Shown here: positions 1 through 13,164 of the stretch, one piece after another
Layout: every line of letters starts with the position of its first letter
How positions within the stretch are numbered: the stretch's first letter is position 1
Assembly (NCBI RefSeq): GCF_030684315.1
Contig: NC_081392.1
Coordinates: 558,001 to 622,000, forward strand
Direction: 5' to 3'
DNA: 64,000 nt
Origin: Stegostoma tigrinum
Taxonomy: Eukaryota
Position numbers and translations under genes: made by a program
Notes under the pieces: model-generated
What the model saw: only the letters and a program-made list of their open reading frames with translations
What the model was told of the DNA's origin: nothing
Database searches by the model: none

Positions 1-319
1 AACACAGAGTAGTGAGACTGTTTGAGATGACAAGGAGAACCCAATATGGATTGAAAAGTTTTTACGTGGAGGAAGAGATTTAGGGAGGATAGGGAACTCA
101 GAAAACATAATGAGTTGGAGCTTCAAGTCACTGAGAATGAGAATTTCTCAATGCAGGAGCTGAGTGAGGAAAACAGTAAAGATACCACTATGATAAAATT
201 TTTATTTCACCTGGCTGAGCAGCAGAGAATGAAGAGTGAGAAGAAGAGTGGAGGAGGGTGGAACAAGGTAAGATGCTGAAAGGAGAGTAAAGTGCAAGAG
301 GGTTAGCTGTGATTATAGA

Positions 320-1075
320 ATCATATAGCACAGAAGATGCCCTTCAGCCTATTGAAACTCACCAACAAAAAAACTACTCTAGATTTACACTCGACCCATT
401 TTCCTGCAGCTGGTCCATAGCATTGAATATTCCATTATTTTAAGTGCATATCCTTTTTTTTTAAAGGTTGTGGTTTCCTACCTCAACAACCTCCCAGATA
501 GTGCATTCCACATACCCAACATCCCAGGTAATAAATCCTTTCTTCGAATCCCATCTAAACTCCCTATCCTTAAAACTATGCCCCTTGTTATTGTTCCTTT
601 AATTAAGGGTAACAGTTGCATTCTATCCACCCTGTCAATGCCCCTCATAATGTTATACCCCTCAGTCAGGTTCCCTGTCAACCTTCTCTGCTGCAAATAC
701 AACAACTCATCTTAACCAGCTAAAGTGTTCCATTCCAGGCAACAACCTGGTGAATCTTTTTTGCAGCCCCAAGTGCAATTACATTCTTCCGATAGCATAG
801 TGGCCAGAATTGCGTACTCTATTCCAGCTGTGGCCTAGCAAAATTCCTGTACAACTCCAACATAACCTCTTTCTTCTTGTACTCTATGCCTTGACTGATA
901 AAGGCAAGTGTCACATATGCCTTCTTAACTACCATATTAATGGAACCTGCTGCCTTCAGGGATCTGTAAACAAGCACCCCAGATCTCTTTGTTGCTGTCA
1001 GCTTCCCAGCATCCTGCCATGCATTGAGTACTCCCTTACCTTGTTATTTCTTCATTAGTGTATCACTTATCACGG
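320..1075 (-). mobile_element. Decayed CR1 3' part
   Basis: QRRLTGNLTEGYNIMRGIDRVD and CR1-type 3' UTR. Confidence 0.7.
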
Positions 1076-2534
1076 TTAAGTTCATTTTATGATGATTTTA
1101 TTGTCACATGTATTTTATAGTGAGAAGTTTCACTGTCACCATGATCTGACACCATTTTGAAATAGTTTGAGGACAAGGAAGTGAAAAGAAAAAGAAAGAT
1201 GTAGCTTGTATAAAGTCCATCCTAAGCCAACTTATCATCAACAACGCCTGCGTCGCCTTTACTCCTCCATCACATCACCGCTATCTACACTGGACCCAAC
1301 CAATATTCAAGTTGCCACTCTCCAGGCACCACCTTTCGCCAATGGGCTAATTCTCCTTCACTACTGCCTTACTGCTGCATGCACTGGACCCACCAAAGTT
1401 GGAGTCTTGTCTCTTGTTACTGGGCCCACCTCATCAATGTAACCACGATGCCCATTCTGCCACTGCTTCGCCAACAACAATGCCGGACCCAATCAATGAC
1501 AAAGTTGTCGATCCTCAGGTGCCATCTCTTGTCACTGAGCCTATCTCGCTGATGTCATATCCGCCAATGTCGCAGCTGCTGATTCCAATGCCAGGTCCTG
1601 CGCTTGTCCCAGAAAAGTAAGAGTCTCACTTGAGTCTGTGCTGTAGTCACATGCTGCCACCACGAGTCCGCACTGGGGTCATGTGTTTCCGCTGCAAGAC
1701 TGCGCTGGCGTCACACGCTGTTTCCAGGAGACCATGCTGGCTGCACGTTTCGCTGCCATGGGTTCATATCAGAATCACTTGCCACTGCCAAGAAGTAAGT
1801 AAAAGATAAAAAATGTACAAGAAAAGAGAAGAAAAAGAAAAGAATTGTAACAAAGCAGACAGAGCAAATGAGCCCCGTGCTTAGGAACACTACTCCACTA
1901 TCACGTGCCTTTGGTCTCCAGTTAAAAGTCAAGTTAAAACTTCAAAAGAAACAAGAATGTAGTCAAAGAAAAGGGAAAATTGATGGAGTGGTCAAGCCCC
2001 GGGTTCCTGAGCTCAGGAGCCTAAACATTGTTTCGCTTACCTTGTGACCACCATGACAGAAGTTTGACATTGATCTGCCCATCAGACCAATCCGTTTATG
2101 TCCTCCCATAACCTAAGACCTTCCTCTCACTGGCAACAACCTGACCAATCTTCATGTCATCTACAAACTTTCTTACCATCTCCCACCCCCATTTTCTTCC
2201 AAATCTACATCACGAACAATGAGAAATTCAGTAGCAGTCCCTGTGGTATGCCACTGGACACGAATGCCCAGACACACAAACACTGTCTACCGCAAGCTTC
2301 CACCTCCTGGAACCCAGGTCATAGATATCTCTGAGGGACCACATGATATTCTGAAAGGAGGTGGTAGGTAGCCAGAGATCGTGGTCCACATTGATGATAA
2401 CAACATACATCCTAGTGAGGCCAAATATAGGAGATAATATGCATAATATCCATGGCTAAAGAGCTGGTATAGGAGGGAGGGCTTCAGATATCTGGATTAT
2501 TGGGATGTCTTCCAGGGCAGGTGAAACCTGCATA

Positions 2535-4225
2535 ACCAAAACAGAAATTGCTGGAAAAGTTCAGCTTTTGCTTCTGTGAAGAGAAATCACAGTTGGTATT
2601 TCTGGTCTGGTAACCCTTGCTCAAACATGATTGTAGCTAGGAAAGTGTCAGTTTTTATGCAGATGATAGGGTGGAGGGAGGAGGTAAGTAGTAAATGATA
2701 GGTGGGGATAGAGTGCAAAGAGAGAGAAGAACAATTGGACAGAAAAAGGAGTGCATAATGATGTGGCCAGCAGGGTGAATAGCTATTTGTGGAGAATGTT
2801 AGTGGCTAACAATGAGTTGTGTGTAATAACAAACTATGTGATAACAAGGTCTGGTGTGTGGAGGTAAGGTCTAGGACATAGGAAAGTTCAAGCCCTAAAG
2901 TTATTGAACTCAATATTGGGTCAAAAAGGCTGCAAGCAGAAAATGTTGTTTTCCTAGCTTGTGCTGAGCTTCATTGAAGCACTGCAGCAAACCTGAGACA
3001 GAGATATTGACCAAAGAACAGGGTGGTGGATTGAAGTGGCAGGCAACCGGGAGCTCAGGGTCATTTTTGTGGGCACAGTCACGCAGTCTACCCTTTGTTT
3101 TCCCAATGTAGAGGAGACCACATTGTGAGCAGTGAGTGCAGGAGACTAAATTGTATGAAGTGCAGGTAAAACACTGCTTCACCTGGAAGGTATGTTTGGG
3201 CAATGGATACTGAAGAGAGAGGAGAAAAATGGGCAGGTTTTACACCTTCAACAATTGCAGAGGAAGATGCTGAGGGGCTGCAGAGAAGTGTCAATAGTGA
3301 AGGAAGAGTCGACATGACTGTCATGGAGGGAATGATCCCTACGGAAGGCAAGAAAAAGGAAGGGAGGGGAATATGTGTCCGGAGGTTGCAGAAATGGCAG
3401 CTAATGATCGTCTGGATGTAAGTGCTGGTGGGATGATAGGTAAGGCAAAGGGAACCCTATCACTATTGCGGGAGGGAAAACAGGGTGTGAGGGCCGAAGC
3501 GCAAGAGACAGGTCAGAGCCAGTTGTTAGCCCTGACGACAGCAATGCTGGGGAATGCTCGATTGAAGAAGAAGGTGGAGATTTCAAAGGCTCCCTTGTCA
3601 AAGTTGGTATCATTGGAACATATGTGCCAGAGTTGGAACAGGGAGAGTAGAATAGACTCTTTAGAGGAAGCAGGGTGCAAGGATATACAGTCCAAGTAAC
3701 TGGGAGTTGGTAGTTTTGTAGTGGATATTAGTGGCAAATCAATCCCCAGAAATAGAAACGAAAATGTTAAGGAAGGGAAGGAAGGAGTCGGACATGGACC
3801 AGGCGAAAGTGAAGCTGAGGTGGAAATTGGAAGTGAAAATTGATAAAACCTTTCCAATTCTGGATGAGAGAGGGAAGTGGCATCAATGATATCATCGATA
3901 TAATTGGAGTTGTAAACGGGAGCTGGAACAGGTCTGCAACAAGGAATGTTTCATGTACCCCACAAAGACAAAGGCAAAACTAGGGTCCATGTGGGTACCC
4001 ATTGCCACACCCCTCTGACCTGAAGAAATGAGAGGATTTAAAAGAGAAGTTGTTTAGGGTAAGGATGATTTCGGCCAGGCAGAGGGTGGTGGTAATGCGT
4101 GGGAATGGTTTAGGCCTTTGTTCCAGGAAGAAGCAGAGACCTCCAAGACCATCCTGGTGGGGGATGGACAAATAGAGGGCTTGCATGGTAAAGAGGAGGC
4201 AGTTAGAGCCTGAAATTTGGAAATT
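2535..4225 (-). mobile_element. Penelope-like element, decayed
   Basis: CSQCGLLYIGKTKGRL, TLNNFSF, and a terminal repeat. Confidence 0.82.
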
Positions 4226-4811
4226 CCAAAACCTGGGATATTAAAAAAGGATGGACTCGATCTAAATTGGAGGAGCACCAATATCCTTGGAGGTAGTTTT
4301 GTTAGAGCCATTTGGGAGATCTCAGACCAGTAAGAGAGGGCGTCTGGACCAGAGCAGTAGGTCAGTATGTGGAGTAATTTAGAAGGCAGAGGTTAAGTCA
4401 CATAAGTCTAACAGAAGAACACACATTTCCAGGTTAAAGAACATGGCAGGATTGGCGGTCTGAAGTGTATTTATTTTAATACAAGGAGTATAACAGATAA
4501 GGCAGATGAGTACATGAAGTACATGGGATTACGATATTGTTAGCCATTACAGAAACTTTGAGAGAAGGGCAAGATTGGCAGTTCAGTGTTCCAGGGTTAG
4601 ATGCTTCAGGCGAGACAGAGAGGGATGTCATAGCTGTACTAAGACAGGCCATTTTGGAGGGTTCAGCTAGTGAGGCCATATGGGTAGAATTTAAGAATAG
4701 GAAAGGTGCAATCACTATTCTGAGGTCATACTGTAGACCTCCCAACAGCCAGCAACAGATAGAGGAACAGATATGTAAATGGATCATAGAAAGGTATAAA
4801 AATAAAAATAT

Positions 4812-6947
4812 AAATATCTTCACCATGGACGTCCAGACCCATACTTGCATTCCCCATGCAGGTGCCTAAAGGCCCTCCGTTTCTTCCTGTCCCGCAGGCC
4901 TGAGCAGTCCCCCTCCACTGTCACCCTTATCCGCACTCATTGTCAGCCTCAAAAACTTCTCCTTCAACTCCTCCCACTTTCTCCAGACAAAGAGGGTGGC
5001 CATGGGTACCCACATGGGCCCAACCTATGCCTGCCTCTTAGTAGGATTAGATTAGATTAGATTCCCTACAGTGTGGAAACAGGCCCTTTAGCCCAACAAG
5101 TCCACACCACCCCTTGAAGCATCCCACCCAAGCCCATCCCCCTATAACCCATGCACCCCTGAACACTAAGGGCAATTTAGCATGGCCGATCCGCCTAGCC
5201 TGCACATCTTTGGACTGTGGGAGGAAACCGGGGCACTTGGAGGAAACCCACGCAGACACGGGGAGAATGTGCAAACTCCACACAGACAGTCGCCCAAGGC
5301 TGGAATCGAACCTGGGTCCCTGGTGCTGTGAGGCTGCAGTGCTAACCACTGAGCCACCGTGCTGCACACAGATATGAAGAACAAGCCCTCTTCCGCAGCT
5401 ACACTGGCCCTATCCCCCACTTCTTCTTCCATTATATCGATGACTGTATCAGCACTGCCTTGTGCCCTGACAAGGACTCGAACAGTTCATCCACTTTACT
5501 AACACCTTCCAACCCAACCTTAAGTTGACCAGGACCATCTCTGATACCTCTGTCTCCTTCCTGGGACTCTGTTTCCATCCCTGGCAACTACTTGGAGACC
5601 AATATCTATTTCAAGCCTATCAACTCCCACAACTGCCTAGAGTACACCTCCTTTCACCCACCTTCCTGCCAGAATGCCATCCACTATTCCCAATTCCTTT
5701 GCCTCCACCGCATCTGCTCCTGAGATGAGGCATTCCATTCCCGGACATCCCAGATGTCCTCGTTTTTCAAGGACTGCAGTTTCCCTGTCATAGTGGTTGG
5801 AAGTTCCCTCGACCGTATCTCTCCCATTTCCTGCAACTCATCCCTCACACTCCCTCCCCACAATAATAACAAAGACAGAATCCCTCTTGTGCTCATGTAC
5901 CACCCGACCAAGCTCCAGATTCAACGCATCATCCTTCACCACTTCCGTCACCTTCAATCTGACTCCACTATCAAGGACATTTTCCCTCCCCGACCTTATC
6001 TTCCTTCTAGATGGACCGCTCCCTCCATGACTCCTACACTGCTCCACACTCCGCACTAGTAACACCATCCCTGACACTTTCCCCTGCAACTGCAGGTGGT
6101 GCTACACCTGCACTACACCTCCCCCCTCACCCCCATGCCAGCCCCAAGCAAATCGTCCACATTAAACAGATGTTCACCTGCACATCTGCTAATGTGGTAC
6201 ATTGTATCCACTGTTCCCGATGTGGCATCCTCATCAAAGGAAATCAAGCGGAGGCTTTGAGACTGCCTAGTGGAACACCTATGCTCCGTTCATGACAAAT
6301 GACTGCATCTCTCTGTCACGAACCACTTCAACTCCCCCTCCCACTCCTTGGACAATGTGTCCATCCTGGGCCTCCCCAGTGCCACAATGATGCCACCCAA
6401 AGGCTGCAGGAACAGCATCTCATATTTTGCTTGGGAACCCTGCTGTCCAATGGTCTCAAAGTGGACTTCACAAGCTTCAAAATCTCCCTACCCCCAACTT
6501 CATCTCAAAATCAGCCCAGCTTGTCCCTGCCTCCTTGACCTGCCTGTCTTTTCTCCCACCTATCCCCCACCTCACTAACAAACCTCTCCCCCACCTCCTA
6601 CCTTCCAGCCTCATCCTTGCCTCCTTGAACTGTCCATTTTCCCTCAACTGGCCAGCCGCCATCCCAAATCCCCACCTACAATCACCTTTACTGGCTCCAT
6701 CCTCGCCTCCTTGATCTGTCCATCTCCTCTCCACCGATCTGTTCCTTTATCCGCCTTCCATCATCGCCTCCCTCCCTCTCTCTAATTATTTTAGAGTCTC
6801 TTTCCCCTCCCCCATTTCTGAAGAAGGTTCCAGACGTGAAACGTCAACTTTCCTGCTCCTCTGATGTTGCCTGGCCTGCTGTGTTCATCCAGCTCTACAC
6901 CTTGTTATCTCAAATTCTCCAGCATCAACAGTTCCTACTATCTCTGA
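4812..6947 (+). mobile_element. Penelope-like element, decayed, containing a SINE
   Basis: DRIPLVLMYHP, FTCTSANVVHCIHC; terminal repeat ~6815-6947. Confidence 0.88.
5045..5365 (-). mobile_element. HE1-type tRNA-derived V-SINE
   Basis: A box TGGCTCAGTGG, B box GGTTCGATTCC, V-domain TCTCCCCGTGTCTGCGTGGGTTTCC, (AATCT)n tail. Confidence 0.9.
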
Positions 6948-9643
6948 TAAAAATAACAGGGTTATTTGGAGTGGATGATTTTAATCTCTCCAGTATTGGC
7001 TCCGATTCCTTTGGTACCAAGGGCTGAGATGGGGCAGAGTTTGTTATGTGCATCCAGGAGGGTTTCTTGAAACAATATGTATGTAGTCCAATGAAGGGAG
7101 GGGCCATAATAGACTGGTCAGATGATCAAAGTTTCAGTGGGGAAGCATTTAGGGAACAGTGACCATAATTCTGTAAGTTTTAAGATAGTTATGGAGCGGG
7201 ATAAGACTGGTCTTTGGGTGGAAGCGCTAAACTGGGGAAAGGCTAAGTATAACTGTATGAGAAACAAGCACAGAAGTTGCTGGAAAAGCTCAGCAAGTCT
7301 GGCAGCATCTCTGAAGCAAAAGAATCAGAGTTAACATTTCTGGTCCATTGACCCTTCCTCAGAACTGTTCTGCTGAGCTTTTCCAGCAACTTCTGTTTTT
7401 GTTCCTGATTTACAGCATCCATACTTCTTTCAGTTTTTATAACTGTATGATGCTGGAACTTGAGAAGTTACATTTATGGCAGCTGATAACAGGGCATCTG
7501 GGAATCACTTAAAGGTCAATTGTTCAGAGTTCAGGGCCAGCATGCTTCTGTGAAGATGAGAGATAAGAATGGCAAGATTCAGGAATCTTTCATGAATAGA
7601 GATGTTGAAATTTTAGTCAAAAAGAAAAAGGAAGAAATTGTATGGTGTAAGAAATTTAAATCAAGCAAGGCTCAAGGAGTACAAAAGAAGTAGAAAAGTA
7701 TTTAAGCAAGAAATTAGGAGATTTAGAAGGGGCCTTGAAATGTCATTGGCAATGAGGGTTAAGGAGAATCCCAAAACATTTTATACATACACAAGGAGCT
7801 AGAGGGCAACTAGGAAAAGGGTAGGTCCACTCAAATACAAAGGACAGAATTTATGTATGAAGGCAGAGTGTTAGAGCAGCCCATGGCTGGACGTGGCGCA
7901 AAATTCTTAATTGGCCCAGGATTATTAATTGACTAAAGCCGGCAGAGAAGGTTTTTAGCTGTAGCAACAGAAATAGCTTGTTCAGTTCAGTAATTAAGTG
8001 AGATCATAAGTTAGGACAATTGTAGCTTTGTGAATAGATAGTTCCAAAGAAACAAAGTCTAGACAGAACAAAGGATCTTACAAATTAATCTCAAAATAGT
8101 TCTGTAAAAACCTACAGCTGCAGAAGTTTGTAATAGTCCATCTGATAAGAGATATTGAGAAAAGACAACCGGAAGTTTGAAGTTTGCAAGGATTAAAAGA
8201 AAAGTATAATACCACAACAAACTCTTAGGTTAGTGAGTATTGAGAAATTAAGAAATACAATCTACAACTAACATTGAGAAATTTAGCTGAATTCTTTCAA
8301 ACAAAGGGTTATAGATAGTGGAGAGGAGCCACAATCCCGTCAGCAAGGGGGAATTGAATGACAAATGGGGAAAACATATAACTGCTAAAGGGTGTAGAGC
8401 TGGATGAATACAGCAGGCCAAGCACTATCAGAGGAGCAGGAAAGCTGGCATTTCAGGTCTCGACCCTTCCTCAGAAGGGCGTGTCTAGAACCGAAACATC
8501 AGCTTTCCTGCACCTCTGATGCTGCTTGGCCAGCTGCGTTCATCCAGCTCTACACCTTGCTGTCTCAGATTCTCCAGCTTCGGCAGTTCCTATTATATCT
8601 AAAGGCTATCAGCTTGACTTTGAGGAAATAAACAATGGCAAATAAACAATGGGAAATAAACAACAAAATCTTAGGAATTTAGACAAGCTTCTTGAGTTGT
8701 GAAAGTGATTGAATTTCAGTCTTATTGATGGAATTTGAATAGATGTTGTCTTACAAAGTAAAAAAAGAGTTAATACATAAATATTTGGAGTAGGGACAGT
8801 AAAGTCCCTAACCATATAATATATATAATTGAACTGATTTAGCTTTATCATTACATGTACTGAAATGAGTGCAGTGGAAGGTCATAGGTCACCACTTACA
8901 GTATCATCTTAGGTACAGAATACCTAAATACAATCCTTAATTGTAGAATAGAGAAAATGAAGAAAAAGTTAAATTACAGCCACACATAGTATAGCCATAG
9001 ATTAAAAAGACAAACATCAGAGTCTCTGTCCAAGGGCTGCCAAAGACCATGGTGTGGGGGCCTCCATGTGGTCTGACCATTGGCTGCCACCACAGTCCAC
9101 ACGGGGCTGCTTTGGCCACTGGTTGCTGGTGTCCTCTCTTCAGGCCACTGGTTGCTGGCATCCCTGCCTTGAGCCTCTGATCACTGGTGTCTCTGTTTTG
9201 GGAGGCTAAATGATGACTCTCCTTCAGAGGCCAGGGCCAGATGTCCAAAATCGAAAGAAGGGAGGAGAAAGGGGGGGCCAAAAAAAGAAGAAAAATAACA
9301 AGTGTAGCGGATGAGCTCCAGCTGGATAGTCCTTCTCCACCTCCATCTCACTGAAAGTCACCAACTTTACATAGTTATAAAATGAATAGTATCAGTTCCA
9401 ATTAGTAGAAATTAGCATCTTTTTGTATCTCATATAATAAGGACCGTAGGGAATGTTAAGAATAATAGAATTTGAAGAGTCCTTAGAAATAAGCAAGATT
9501 CCAATTTATTGGCAAAGATGCAGCTGACAAATTCTGGGAAGGAATATAACTGCCAGCATTGGAATATAAGTCAGTGGGATGCCTTATAAGGGTCCAAGAA
9601 CAGATGAAAAATGTGTCTTGGTAAACATCATAAGATCACAATG

Positions 9644-9960
9644 TGGGGACATGGTGGCTCAGTGGTTAGCACTGCAGCCTCACAGCACCAGGGACCTGGG
9701 TTCGATTCCAGTCTCAGGTAACTGTCTATACAGAGTTTGCACTTTCTCCCCATGCCTGCGTGGGTTTCCTCCGGATGTTCCAGTTTCCTCCCACAGTCCA
9801 AAGATGTGCAGGTTAGGTGATCGGCTATGCTAAATTGCCCGTCGTATTGAGGGGTGTGTGGGTTATAGGGGGATGGGTTTGCGTGGGATGATCCAAGGGG
9901 CAGTGTGGACTTGTTGGGCCAAAGGGTCTGTTGCCACACTGCAGGGAATCTAATCTAATC
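9644..9960 (+). mobile_element. HE1-type V-SINE
   Basis: Same A/B boxes, V-domain and (AATCT)n tail. Confidence 0.9.
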
Positions 9961-12487
9961 ATGGGAGAATCTAGGGCTGTCCCTAGAGGTGTCCATCATT
10001 GATTGTGTGTTTACAGGTCTGGACATATAGATTAGGGGGATGTGGCTATCAATATAATTTTTGTAATGTGAAATGAATTTAGATAGGGCAAAGTCTTCTG
10101 ACCATTTGAAAAGAAAGATCTTAAAATTATTGTAAATAATTATTTGATTTGATGCTTTGATTTGAGACAGCTGATCGAGCGCTGGAAGGTACAAATGAAG
10201 GAAGTTGATTAGTGAGCAAATATGTGATTTCTTGTAGTCTATTTGTGACTAGAAGATGAAGTGTAATAAATGTGTTCTTCGGCCTCAGCAGGATAATAGC
10301 CTATCAGATTATCTTATTTAAGAGGAAGTAGACCCTGGAAAAATATGCATTCAAGGTGATTACAGAGAGCAATATATTCATTAGGAATTTCCTTCTGTCT
10401 GACAGCATGCAGAATACCAAGTTACACTGGGAGACTGAGCATTGTGGAAGCTTATCCTGTCCTAACCTGACCCAAGACATTTTATAATCAACCTTTTCAG
10501 AGAGGTCATTACAATAACCCTGCAGCACATGGGTCTTTGTTTATTTCTAATAATCATTTCTTGTATCTGCTAGGGTCGCCTTCCCACCAATCAGCAAATC
10601 AAACAGTTCTCTCCACAGAAAGCTATGGAAATTAACTCACTTAATATATTCAAGAAAGGTTTTTTTTTATTTCTAAAGGCATCAGTGTTCGAGAGAGAAA
10701 CCAAGAATTGGGCATTGAGAGAAAGTGTTAGCCATAAGAATATTGAATGGCAGAGCAGGTTCAAAATTCTGAACGGCATACTCCTGCTCCTAGTCATTAT
10801 GTTCTATGATAAACGGTTAAATCCTGAAACAGTTTGCAAAAACTGCTTTGGTGAACTTGCTTGCGGTAATTTTTTGGCATTCCATGACACATCAATAGTA
10901 TTTATGGAGACATTGTTGAAAAACAATCAGGCTTTAATTCCAGCTTCCTCTATGCCCTCATAATCCTTGACTCCCTTGCGAATCTAATATCCAAGACAGC
11001 CTCAAATCTATTTAATGAGATAGCTATCATTGCTCTCAGGTGAAGTGAATCCAAAGTTTAATGACTGAGAGACAAAAAAACAAGTCCTCATCTCAATGAG
11101 GCATGCCTTATTTTGAAGCTATCCCCCAGTTCTAGATTCCTTGGTGAGGGGTAACATGCTGTTCTATGTGTCCATCCTCTCAAGTCCCTGCAGAATCTTA
11201 GACATTTCAATAAAATCACCTCTCATTGTTTGCAATTCCAATGGTGAGAGAATCAACCTTCTAAGGTTTCCTCATAACGCAGTTCTGCCATCCCAAAAAT
11301 CAACCCAGTGCAACTTCTCTGAATTGTCTCCAGTCAAGTAAATTCATCCTTAAATAAAGGAAGAGAAACTACACACAATATTCTAGATGTGGGTTCATCA
11401 ATGTCCCGTACAGTTGCAGCAAAACTTTTCTACTTTAAACTTTGTATTCCTCACAATAAAAGGCAACATTCCATTTGCCTTCTTAATTATCTGTTATCCC
11501 ACAATACAAACTTTGATATTTGTGATCATGTTCATGCATGAGGAGACCCAAAACAACTTGTGTTGCAGCATTTTTCAGTCTCTCTAATCGTATTCCGCTT
11601 TTCTATTTATTCGGGATGCCCATGACTGAGCAGCACAAAATGGCCAACAGTTGTCCCTCTAGTCCTGCAGGACATGGCTGAAAGTAGTTAGAGAGCTTTG
11701 CAAATATTTTCTTAAATGGAGTTTCCACATGTGGAAAAATAGCAGGTCTGTATAATCAAGGCTACTAGCTGGGATGGAACGTGCACCTGCAATGGCTTAC
11801 ATAAATAAGAATGTTTCATACTAATTTGTTGTTTTCTTGAATTACTTAAATAAACCCGATACAATATTAAGAGTATGTTTTAGTTTAGATCCTTCAGGTA
11901 ATCATAGATGTAGATTCTAATATAGTTTGTGACCCACATATATACAAAAAAGAAGTCACTAAAAGCATTACAACAAAAGGTTCAAGCTGTTAGAAGTGTC
12001 CCTCTCAGCCATCCTTATCATTACAGGGAGGACAAAGATTAACAGACATTGGAAAGTGAATTGAATGACCACATTGAGGTACAACTTGTTAGCTAAAGAA
12101 TTCTAATATTAAATGTAACTGCACAACTTGGCTGGAACTGATCAAAATCAATATTCTTTTGTATTCTCTGTAATGAGATATTTAAAAGTTCCTGATCTAA
12201 TTAATTGGCAGTTCCACACATAGCACCAAGCAACTTATTGATATAGAATGACATACCAAGGATCCATTCATGGTTGGACAACCCAATGCTATTGACCACT
12301 AGCATAGAGGGGGAAGGGACGTACACTGTGGTTTCAGGGCGGGACAAGGAAAATGTATAAGATGAGAATCTGCTTGCATTAGGGTAGAGTGCATTCAACA
12401 CAACCCTGTGAGGAGTGTCTCAAATGCCTCTCCCTGCATGGTAACGGTAAATGCTTGAATAAACAGCTATGTGCCTGCACTCTGCAA

Positions 12488-12980
12488 GTACAAGAACTGC
12501 AGATGCTGGAGTCAGTCTATACAGTGTGGAGCTGGAGGAACACAGCAGGTCAGGCAGCAGAAGCATAAGGAGAGTCAATATTTCAGGCCTGGAGCCTTCA
12601 TCAGTACCGGGGAGGGGGAGGGAGCTGGGACATAAGTAGCGGGAAGAAGGGTGGGGCAAGGGAAGGTGGATGCAGGTAGGGGTCATGGGATTGGTCAGTG
12701 GGAAGGGTGGGGCATATAGGTGGGAAAGGAGATAGACAGGTAGTGTCAGGTCAAGGAGGTGGGGATGAGAGGGAGGGTTGGACATGCAATGAGGCTGGGG
12801 TGGGGAGATTTTGGAACTAATGAATTCTTTGGTTAGGCCATCAGGCTGTAAGCTCCCAATGCAGAATATGAGGTGCTGTTCCTTCAGTTTGCATGAGGCA
12901 TCATTGTGGCACTGAAGGAGGCTCAGGATAGGCATGTCAGTAAGGGAGTGGGAGAGAGAGTTAAAATGGTTAGCAACCAG
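12488..12980 (-). mobile_element. Penelope-like 3' fragment
   Basis: LKEQHLIFCIGSLQPDGL plus terminal repeat. Confidence 0.8.
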
Positions 12981-13164
12981 AATTCTGCATCCTTCTGAAA
13001 TTTACTCCTGGTCGGTTCACTCCCACACTATTTGTCTTGACCAAAATCTCACATTTTTCCACATCACATTCTACCTTCCAAATGTAACCTCACCTACTTC
13101 ACCTACCTTTGTCTATTTGCAGACTGTTTGAATTCTTCCCTACAGCTTGCTTTCCTATCAAAGA

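Larger units (their letters stand above)
2310..7868 (+). mobile_element. Decayed CR1 (ORF1 end, endonuclease region) broken by nested Penelope-like and SINE insertions
   Basis: Collinear CR1-like pieces at ~2310-2530, 4230-4800 (AITET, IWVE, YCRPPN) and 6950-7868 (HLGNSDHNSVSF). Confidence 0.7.

Noticed and set aside
9644-9720. tRNA-like A/B boxes (also near 5300, 38656, 55250, 60135, 60500)
   Set aside because: They are SINE heads continuing into SINE bodies, not complete tRNA cloverleaves.
12324-12330. CACTGTG heptamer as a possible D/J RSS
   Set aside because: No nonamer at 12 or 23 nt and no FGxG J motif. I found no D, J or C segments in the window.
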